Below are positions 39,044 through 49,826 of a DNA stretch of 64,000 bases, piece by piece. Every line of letters begins with the position of its first letter. Position 1 is the first letter of the stretch. This stretch comes from Haliotis rubra (Eukaryota). Location of the stretch: assembly GCF_003918875.1 (NCBI RefSeq), contig NW_025765004.1, forward strand, positions 62,001-126,000. The letters run 5' to 3'. The notes beneath the pieces are model-generated. The model did no database searches. It was given only the letters and a program-made list of their open reading frames with translations, and had not been told where the DNA came from. The position numbers and the translations under genes were made by a program.

Positions 39044-42000
39044 CATGGGACGACATGACTGTGGACTTGGTTGGTGAACCATTCAAGGTACATAATCCAG
39101 ATGTCTGCTCACATCTCAGGCAGGACGATGCACATGGCACAGTACATTTGTCACCGTAATAACCATCTGGACACTTCTTACAGGTACCATTTATGTCGCA
39201 TTCAACGTCCAGACATCTGTTGCTGCATGGGGACAGGCAGTCCTCATCCGACCATCCTCTCACACATCCCCTGGTACAAGTAACAGAGGAGAGCAGATCG
39301 TTGTATGTGCATGTATTGTCCATGCAATTCCTACACCGTTTGTCACACTTCGGCCCAGTGAACCCTGGCTTGCATTGACCACAGTATCCCTGGACAAGGT
39401 TGCATCTGTTCCACAGACAGTTTTCTGGACATGGTTTATCACACAATCGCCCGAACCATCCATCAGTGCAGCCAAGAAGACACGTTCCTCCATCCTGGTG
39501 ACATGCAGATTGATCACAGTTGCCGGTGCAGAGTTTCTGACACTGATGTCCCCACCGACCAGGGATACACCCATCTTGGCATCTTCCCGAGTCACGGTCA
39601 CAGTGTCGATGGCCATCAAAACCTGCACGGCAGTTGTGTGTACATCTTTTATCACACAACTGCCCATACCATCCATCGGTGCAGCCAAGAAGACATGTTC
39701 CTCCATCCTGGTTACATGCAGATTGATCACAGTTGCCGGTGCAGAGTTTCTGACACTGATGTCCCCACCGACCAGGGATACACCCATCTTGGCATCTTCC
39801 CGAGTCACGGTCACAGTGTCGATGGCCATCAAAACCTGCACGGCAGTTGTGTGTACATCTTTATCACACAACTGCCCATACCATCCATCGGTGCAGCCAA
39901 GAAGACATGTTCCTCCATCCTGGTGACATGCAGATTGATCACAGTTGCCGGTGCAGAGTTTCTGACACTGATGTCCCCACCGACCAGGGATACACCCATC
40001 TTGGCATCTTCCCGAGTCACGGTCACAGTGTCGATGGCCATCAAAACCTGCACGGCAGTTGTGTGTACATCTTTCATCACACAACTGCCCATACCATCCA
40101 TCGGTGCAGACAAGAAGACATGTTCCTCCATCCTGGTGACATGCAGATTGATCACAGTTGCCGGAGCAGGGTTTCTGACACTGATGACCCCACCGACCAG
40201 GGACACACCCGTCTTGGCACCTCCCCGAGTCCCGGTCACAGTGCCTGAACCCGTCAAAACTTACACGACAGTTCATTGGACAAGGCTTATTACATCCATC
40301 AGAGAAGTGTGCAGGCTGACACTGTTTACATCTACCTGTTTGTTTGTCACACGTATCTTCACATCCTTGACATTTCTTCGTGCAGTCAGTACCGTACCAT
40401 CCGTACACACACTTACTGCAGGCAAAGTGATCACATCGAAGACAATTGTCTCCACAGTTGACAGTTGACATCACTACAAACGAAACAAATTAGATCCAGA
40501 TTGTTGTTAGACACAAAATTACGTTCTCTCATCTTCGTGGTCTCAACCTTTGTTTGTATATTTTTTTTATTTGCTGTTTGAGGAATTCTCTACGGGGGTG
40601 TCTACCTTTTAATAAGTACAGCTGGATTCTAAATATATATTTGAAATGGCTGATCTTTTAAATTGTTATTTGTTGAAGTGAAGAGTTTCATCTCTCGACT
40701 GAACACATAATTATACATATCTAACTTAGAAGATTGTCATCAACCTACATATTGAGGATATCATAAACAAGTGAGCTCTATTACAATCTTCTGAGGGGAT
40801 AATAAAAAGCGTAAATCTATTCTGAATAATTGTCCCTGTATGAACGTTGCTGTATCGTTTACATTTCTGTATGATATCAAGAGCTATTAACTGTCGTGGC
40901 TTGTGTTGTGATAAATACTATTCACTTCCTTGAATGCCCCAAAACACAATCCCCTGAAACCTCATGTCCATTAACAGTATACCTGGAGGTAGTACATACA
41001 CAATCCCCTGAAACCTCGTGTACAACACAATCCCCTGAAACCTCGTGTCCATTAACAGTATGGGGAGTGAATGTACACAATCCCCCTGCATGACATTTAT
41101 AATAATCCCCTGAAACCTCGTGTCCATTAACAGTACATTTACATCCCACAAAACCTCTGATAACCTGGAGGTGGAGGTAGTACATACACAATTCATGTCA
41201 GTCCATTAACACAAACCGTTTGAGTAACTCCTTATGGTATTCAGTCCACAAACCGCTCCAGATCAGGGCTCCAGATAATTTTTCATGATCAGGAGTACGT
41301 ACTCCCTATTTTTTCAACATAGGTGTAATGGAAAACAACATTTAGAGTACTGAATGGAATTTCATGGAGTATCAGTAATCTTGTGTTTCGTTTATGCACC
41401 ACAACGTTGCTACTCTTGTGTAAACAGGTCAATAAACAATAAAACAATACTTTGTCAGATAAATACGTCTGGAGATGATTCTTAGACCGTACACCATTCC
41501 TGTGGTGCGTATCTGCTAAGTTTTCTAAATTATTTCCTACCGTATCATGCTTATTTCATATCCGTACATACGCAGATAAGGCCCTCATCTGGAACCCTGA
41601 TATTTAATAGCATCGTTGACCATTTACCGTATAAAACAAAGGGATATACAAAACATGTCACATTAATTAAATCGATCAAAGTATATACGTGCGCATTATG
41701 TGTGTGACTGGGTGTATACAAGAATAATGTGTCCTATATGCATTGTATGTATATCTATTATTCTTCAAAGCCAGTTTCTGTTGTTTCTTTCATATCATTA
41801 CGTTTCCGTTTGCAACTAGAAATTTCCTTTATATCTATTTGGGAATGGGCAAAAAAAATCCTACTGAACACTGATGTCTAAAAATACCATGTAATTTATA
41901 CATAGGTTTTACTTTTTGTAATTTTTGCATTCATTTCGGTGTTTCATACCAAAGTATATACTATTTCAATTGCAGTTTATTGTGTTCAAGATCAAAATAT

Positions 42001-42330
42001 CATTGTCTTTTATCATGTCACATTCACCATGAACCTAAACGGCACTTCTTCGTATAGTCACTAGAAACTGCATATCAAATCAACGTACTAAATTAACTGT
42101 CAAGACAACGTGATACTGGTATAGCGATATATATGTAACACCAGTTAGCCTTGGTAAAGAGCAATAAGAAAGAGATATATATGTACCAGCTCGACGGTAT
42201 ACGCAAGCGTCCTTACTCAAATGGTTCCAATTAGCGATTTCTGTTTTTGAGCAAAAAGATATTGGAAAGTTCTTGCCGCGAAGGAGATGAACAGTGAAGA
42301 CTTCTTACCGTAAAAGACCAGTAGCACCAT
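39044..42330 (-). CDS. Multiple-EGF protein E: putative signal exon 42330-42309, ectodomain exon 40473-39044 with a 4-copy 213-bp module; one frameshift; TM exon not located
   Basis: MVLLVFY G|gtaag joined to ttgtag|VMSTVNCGDNC; ends STVMSSH G|gtgagt. A 1-bp deletion in a T/A run near 39860 shifts the frame. Closely paralogous to 58284-59120. Confidence 0.82.
40943..41200. repeat. Irregular short tandem repeat
   Basis: CAATCCCCTGAAACCTCGTGTCCATTAACAGTA recurs about 4-5 times. Confidence 0.8.
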
Positions 42331-42978
42331 GACTGAAAAGATAAAACATAGAAACAAGATGTGACGTTTCTATTTTATCATTATTTGTTTGTTTTCTAGT
42401 TATCAACTGTATAGGGTAATAACAGCCTTAGGAATGACGTTTTCCTATCTTGCATTTAACGTCAGATATGCTCAGTTATGGAAGCTAAATGTCGTGACTC
42501 AGTCAGGTTCAGCACACCACGAGGGTGAGATACACATGGCATATGTAAGAATAATATCAACACTTGAAAAAAAAAATTGGTATTTTTACAAGGGTTTTAA
42601 CTTACAAGCAATAAACAGCGCCACCAGTGAAATATTTTTCCACATCGTGAAGAGCTTCTATGTATTTTGAGGGAGCTGAAAATAAAAATTATTATACAAT
42701 GATATTTCCTTAACTTCATCTGTTCCAGATACAAAAAGCTATTTTCTGAGATAGGCTTTGCTAGAGGACTTCCAACCTGCTACCTCATACTACAGGATTA
42801 CCCCTCTGCCATTTCAAACCAACTTCAGCCCATATAACTGGCATCTTGTTCAAAACGTTGCCACACTTTCATCACGTGTAGATTTCACGTATATAACAGT
42901 GTAGATTACATTAAAACATTATGCAAAAGTTATATTTGAAGAAAATAACTAGATGTTTGATAAGCTGCGAAATACTAA

Positions 42979-43900
42979 TAATATAATAATAATAAATAAT
43001 AAATGTGAACTTATAATGCGCCTTTTCCATGCACAAGGCCCATGCTCAAAGCGCTAACAAAGTGAGTGGATAATATACATAAATACAATAAGGGACTAGT
43101 TGCTAGTCATAATGCAGTGAAAACAGATGAGTCTTGAGATGTCGTTTGAAGGAATAGAAGTCAACTGCTGATTTAATGGTGATAGGGAGAGAGTTCCAGA
43201 GTAGAGGGGCAGAGCAGACAAAGGATTTCCTTCCGAAAGTTTGCAGTTTGAACCGAGGCACAGAGAGTACGTTCAGATTCTGAGAACGGAGCTGTCTTTC
43301 TGGAGTGTAAGGTAAGAAGTTCTTTCATGTATTCTGGGCCTATGCCATTGAGGCATTTGTAGGCGCTTTGAAGTTCTGTTTATGATTCTGGGAGGCTGTA
43401 TTTTGGACATTTTGCAATTTTGATAGCAGCTTCTGGAGAAATACCAAAAAGGAGGATATTGCAGTAATCAATTCTTGATATAACAAGTCCCTGGACTAGA
43501 CCGTGTGCTGCATCACGACTGATGAGATGGCGTATTCTGCCAATGGCTCTTAGATGAAAGAAGCATATTCTGCAGAGTTGATTTACATGAGTGTCCATCG
43601 CCAGGTGGGAGTCAAGCGTAACTCCAAGGTCTTTAACAGAGTCCACTGCTTGTATCTCTGCATCTGCTACCAAAACAGTTTTGGTGGTAATTTGTTTTTG
43701 CATTTGCCTGGATCCAATAACCATCACCTCAGTTTTGTCATCATTTAACTTTAGCAAGTTGTTTGTCATCCATGACTTAACATCTTTAGTGCAGTCTGTT
43801 ATTTTATGAAGACCCGTGTGAAAGTCCTTGGGAGTTGAGTTTTTCTGAAGTTGAGTGTCATCTGCAAACGAATGATGGCTAATGCCATGTTTGTCAATTA
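42979..43900 (-). mobile_element. 5'-truncated L2/CR1-group LINE
   Basis: HSFADDTQLQ, WMTNNLLKLNDDKTE, KDLGVTLDS, LVISRIDYCN; 3' end AGCGCTTTGAGCAT...AAGGCGCATTATAA plus TTA repeats. Absent from the second duplicate, which defines the boundaries. Confidence 0.9.
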
Positions 43901-43974
43901 CGTCGGGTATATCATGTAACATTATTGCCGTGCACACCTGTAGGACATATTTCAATCTCGACAACAAATGGCCA

Positions 43975-44695
43975 TCTGGGCAGAGTATGTCCAGGAGAGC
44001 TGCAGACCTAGGCAGAGTATGTCCAGGAGAACTGCAGACCTAGGTAGGTTATGTCCAGGTGAACTGCAGACCTAGGCAGAGTATGTCCAGGAGAACTGCA
44101 GACCTAGGCAGAGTATGTCCAGGAGAACTGCAGACCTAGGTAGGTTATGTCCATGTGAACTGCAGACCTAGGCAGAGTATGTCCAGTTGAACTGCAGACC
44201 TAGGCAGAGTATGTCCAGGTGAACTGCAGACCTAGGCAGAGTATGTCCAGGAGAACTGCAGACCTAGGTAGGTTATGTCCAGGTGAACTGCAGACCTAGG
44301 CAGAGTATGTCCAGCTGAACTGCAGACCTAGGCAGAGTATGTCCAGGTGAACTGCAGACCTAGGCAGAGAATGTCCAGGTGAACTGCAGACCTAGGCAGA
44401 GTATGTCCAGGTGAACTGCAGACCTAGGCAGAGTATGTCCAGCTGAACTGCAGACCTAGGCAGAGTATGTCCAGCTGAACATGTCCAGGTGAACTGCAGA
44501 CCTAGGCAGAGTATGTCCAGGAGAACTGCAGACCTAGGCAGAGTATGTCCAGGAGAACTGCAGACCCAGGCAGAGTATGTCCAGGACAACTGCAGACCTA
44601 GGCAGAGTATGTCCAGAAGACCTGCAGACCTAGGCAGAGTATGTCCAGGTGAACTGCAGACCTAGGCAGAGTATGTCCAGGAGAACTGCAGACCG
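43975..44695. repeat. 32-bp satellite, ~22 copies
   Basis: Unit CTGCAGACCTAGGCAGAGTATGTCCAGGAGAA with variants. Confidence 0.97.
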
Positions 44696-47600
44696 ATGCA
44701 GATTGCTAGTCGTTCGTTTGCCTTTAAAAGCAGCAGGACAGGCAAACAGGAGAGACCCGACAGACACCGAGAAGAGTGCGGACAAACCAGAAGAAAGGCC
44801 AGTCAGGTACTTTAACTGACCAGTCAACCCAACTAACTACTGCCCAAGTGTACATGTCAGCATCATTTCGCCGCCTTCCCCTGGTAGCCCTACTCTGCAA
44901 GCTGAGGGAGTGAGTTAACATTTATCGTCACATCGGCAACATTTCAGCCATATCGTGAATAATATTGTATTATAGAACAATAAAATTAGATATTAAAAGC
45001 CTGTTGACGAAGAACAGTAAAACTACCAGTTAATCACAGATATTAAAGTAAAACTAGGATGTTATCATAAAACGATGTTATAAAAGAGAACAATACAATA
45101 TAGAAACAGGATATCGATTGCCAGCAACTGAAGGTAGATCACCATCCTTGACACCTTACAGTCAGCGTTCGAAATTAACGTCGGTTTTAGGTCCGAAGCC
45201 GACTGTAAACCACTGGGACCCACAGCTTTGTTTTCTGCGGTCCTTATGGGCAAGTTATGGCCGACAGCATGTTCATCCCCAATAACTAAGAGTATTATTT
45301 TTCAGAAAATGTCATTCAGTAATGTCTAGTTTTGATCTCGATCACCGGCTGTTGTCTGTAAGTGAAACGACTCTTGTTTTCATGGAAACAATTTTGACAT
45401 TCTATGTTTGCTAGGAATGACTTATATTGTAGCTGAAATATAGGGCCTCATTATTATTCTGATCAGAACCCACAACTTTGTATGGTTCTGGGTCCTTAGG
45501 GCCTGCAGTTTATCAGGGTTAAGGGCAAACACTGCGTACAGTCCATTTTGCTTCCCGCATACTGAACCCTAGCATGATGTATACGTTCCCTTCAGCTATT
45601 TTTGACAATCTAGCCATAAATTAAAATAACATGTATACTACGATAAAACATAGTAGCAGGTATAAACATACTTTCAATGTTCGGGGATTCATAAATTACG
45701 TACCCTCTCAGGGGGACAATAATTTTAATATACTTTAACCCCATTTGAGGATACTGCCTTAAACAATCTCAGTTGTTAATTTAAACTACTAATTATAAAA
45801 TATTAATCTATTTTACACAACTTCAATCAAACGTTTTATAATAACTCTATTTCTTTTAAAATGAAATGATTAAATTTGAAGTAAGATCTGCAAGCTGTGT
45901 GCAATAACAGTATTGTAAGAAATACAACTACCCGCCTTTGTAATGGCACTACGCCCCGAGTTGTCTCAGCTGCTTATAGCTAATGATACAAAACGATTAT
46001 AAATGGAGTGAACATAGCCTAACACATTTAGACCCCGCGTACGTAGATCTTGAAATTTGAGAAACAATCTGTTGCCTGCTACATGCATCACTGGCTTTGT
46101 AGGGTGTTACGTAACCTACTGGTTTCCATGATATATGTCGAACAGTGTTCTCACATAGGGCGCTACAAAGTATTACAACAAAACCCGTGGGCGTCCGAAC
46201 ATAGAGAGCCACTAAGATTCCTCCATCGCGTCTTTGTACTGAGGGAGCTGGTTCACGAGCCCTCGTTTCACGCATACAACAGACATGTATGTCGTCTGAC
46301 AAGTGTTAGGCGACGCCTTTGACAGAATCTCAGACACATTTACACGTAGTGATCATAATTACGGACTTACTTGTTGATAAACACGTTAAGGCTCAAGTTG
46401 CGTGGCGTTCATTCTAGTGCCCCCTCTTTTCGGCAAAAAACCACTTTCCAAGAATCAAGATAGCATTTCCCCCGAACTGTTCAGTCGGCCGATGAACGCT
46501 TTATCGTCAGGTCTATGTGCGCATGATATCACGTTCACCGATTCTTGGAAGATTAGATTCTTACTTTCGTTTGAGCCGATACTCAAAACTGGTTATTTTT
46601 TCTATATTCTCCTGCAGTCACTCGTCTACATGTTGCACCCGGGTGTGACGACCAGGCACGCAGTATCCAAGTCAGGGAAGATGCGTGTATGGCTATTTAT
46701 AGAGTAGGGCAGCCCCAACTAACTATCACACTGAACCCAAGTTCGCAAGTATGATGCTGGACTAGTCTGTCTACAGCCCCCGAACCATATTATTTCCTAC
46801 AGCCTATCCTCTCCTGCAACGCTAAAGCCTATTTCAAGCAAGGCTAGATTTCTCTGAATCTACCATCTCACTTGGGCTCCTTTTCAGTTTAAATGGGATT
46901 ATTTGTTACTATTATATGTATTCAGAGACTAAGCGTTAGTCTAGGTGCTGATAAACAGGTTATTTCACAGGATATGTTCCAGATATTATGTGAAAATGTT
47001 TCCCCAGTGATCTTCATTATCCTGGTTTTTTGTAATTTCTTTTGGTGCATTCATTCACATTGTTTTCCTTATGAAATGTACTATACTATTTCAATTGCAG
47101 TTGTGTGTGTCTAAGATCAAACATATCATCTGTCACATATATCATGTCATATCTTCACCATGCAACCTAAACGGTAACTTCGTTATGATCACTAAGAACT
47201 GCATATAGAATCAAAGTACTAAATTAACTGTCGAGAGACAACGTGATGCTGGTACAGCGGAGGCGTAATGTAACACCAGTTAGCCTTTGGGGAAGGGCAA
47301 TGAGAAAGAGATAGCCACATGTACCAATATGACGGTATGCATAAAGGCTGTCCTTACTCAAAAGGGTTCCAATTAGCGATTCCTGTTTTGAGGCAAAAAG
47401 ATATTGGAAAGTTCTTGCCGCAAAGGAGATGAGCAGTGAAGACTTCTTACCGTAAAAGACCAGTACTTACCGCGGATTGAAAAGATAAAACATATGGGAA
47501 ACAAAATGTGACGTTTCTATTTTATCATTGTTGTTTGTGGTTTTCTAGTTATCAACCTTTAGTGGAATTGTATGTAACAGCTTTTAGGAATGACGTAAGC

Positions 47601-48256
47601 TCTCTATCTTGCATTTAACATCCAGATAATGCTAACAAGCTATGGGAAGATAAATATCACGTGAAAAAATACCCTTGACTTAGCTTCAGGTTCAAAGCAC
47701 ACCGAGGGTGAGATACCGATAGCATGTCATAGAGAATTATATCAACACTTGAGAAAAAATGCATTTATTATTTTACAAGGGTTTATAACTACGCCAGCAA
47801 TAAACAGCGCCACCAATTGTTATATTTTTCCACGTCATCGAAGAGACTTCTAAGTGTATTTTGGAGGGGAGCTGAAAATAAAAATTATTATACAATGATA
47901 TTTCCTTAAAATCATCTGTTCCAGATACAAAAAGCTATTTTCTGAAGTAGGTTTCTGCTAGAGGACTTCCAACCTGCTACCTCATACTCACAGATTTTAT
48001 CTCTGCCACGGCTCAAACCAACTTCAATATTATATAACTGGCATCTTGATTTCAAAACGTTGCCACTTCTCTTCACGTAGATTTCTACGTATATAACAGT
48101 GTAGATTACATTAAAACATTATGCAAAAGTTATATTTGAAGAAAATAACTAGATGTTTGATAAGCTGGCGAAATACTACGCCGGGTATATCATGTAACAT
48201 TATTACTGCGCACACCTGTAGGACATATTTCAATCTCGACAACAAAATGGGTATTA

Positions 48257-49826
48257 TCTGGGCAGAGTATGTCCAGGAAAGCTGCAGACCCTGGGCAGAG
48301 CATGTCCAGGAGAACTGCAGACCTAGGTAGGTTATGTGTCAGGGTGAACTGCAGACCTAGGCAGAAGTATGTCCAGGGAGAACTGCATACCTAGGCAGAG
48401 TATGTCCAGGAGAACTGTGCAGACCCAGGTAGGTTATGTCCAGGGTGAACTGCAGACCTAGGCAGAGTGCGCGTCCAGCTGAACTGCAGACCTAGGGCAG
48501 AGTATGTCAAGATTGAACTGCAGACCTAGGCAGAGTATGTCCAGGAGAACTGCAGACCTAGGTAGGTTATGTCCAGGTGAACTGCAGACCTAGGCAGAGC
48601 ATGTCCAGCTGAACTGCAGACCTAGGGCAGAGTATGTCCAGGTGAACTGCAGACCTAGGCAGAGTATGTCCAGGTGAACTGCAGACTTAGGCAGAGTATG
48701 TCCAGGTGAACTGCAGACCTAGGGCAAAGCATGTCCAGGTGAACTGCAGACCTAGGCAGAGTATGTCCAGGAGAACTGCAGACCCTAGGGCAGAGTATGT
48801 CCAGGAGAACTGCAGACCCAGGCAGAGTATGTCCAGGACAACTGCAGACCTGGGCAGAGAGCATGTCCAGGAGAACTACAGACCTAGAGGCAGAGTATGT
48901 CCAGGAGAACTGCAGACCTAGGCAGAGTATGTCCAGGAGAACTGCAGACTCCAGGCAGAGTATGTCCAGGAGAACTGCAGACCTAGGGCAGAGTATGTCC
49001 AGGGTGAACTGCAGACCTAGGCAGAGTATGTCCAGCTGAACTGCAGACCTAGGCAGAGTATGTCCAGCTGAACTGCAGACCTAGGCAGAGTATGTCCAGG
49101 CTGGAACTGCAGACCTAGGCAGAGTTTGTCCAGCTGAACTGCAGACCTAGGCAGAGTATGTCCAGGAGAACTGCAGACCCAGGTAGGTTATGTCCAGGTG
49201 AACTGCAGACCCAGGTAGGTTATGCGTCCAGAAGACCTGCAGACCTAGGTAGGTCATGTCCAGCTGAACTGCAGACCCAGGCAGAGTATGTCCAGGAGAA
49301 CTGCAGACCTAGGCAGAGTATGTCCAGAAGACCTGCAGACCTAGGTAGGTTATGTCCAGGAGAACTGCAGACCTAGGCAAAGTATGTCCAGGAGAACTGC
49401 AGACCTTAGGCAGAGTATGTCCAGGAGAACTGCAGACCTAGGCAGAGTATGTCCAGAAGACCTGCAGACCTGGGTAGGTTATGTCCAGGTGAACTGCAGA
49501 CCTAGGCAGAGTATGTCCAGGAGAACTGCAGACCTAGGCAGCAGAGTATGTCCAGGAGAACTGCAGACCTAGGTAGGTTATGTCCAGACGACCTGCAGAC
49601 GCAGGCAGATTATGTCCAGCTGAACTGCAGACCTAGTCAGATTATGTCCACGTGAACTGCAAACCCAGGTAGGTTATGTCCAGTAGAACTGCAGACCCAG
49701 GCAGAGTATGTCCAGGAGAACTGCAGACCTAGGCAGAGTATGTCCAGGAGAACTGCAGACCTAGGCAGAGTATGTCCAGGTGAACTGCAGACCTAGGCAG
49801 AGTATGTCCAGGAGAACTGCAGACCG
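48257..49826. repeat. 32-bp satellite, roughly 48 copies
   Basis: Same unit as 43975-44695; many 1-bp indels in the first half. Confidence 0.97.

Noticed and set aside
39375-40468. Long plus-strand and alternative-frame ORFs over the EGF exons (similarly at 15.2-16.1, 22.8-23.3, 30.0-30.8 and 58.3-59.1 kb)
   Set aside because: Shadow ORFs of the Cys/Gly-rich coding strand, with no splice or domain support.
41264-41599. hAT-like MITE (CAGGGCTCCAGAT...ATCTGGAACCCTG)
   Set aside because: A short inverted repeat is present but no TSD could be found, so it is not supported enough to list.
43975-49826. 32-bp repeats as CRISPR arrays; their ORFs as genes
   Set aside because: Units are contiguous with no spacers, and the ORFs are satellite read-through.
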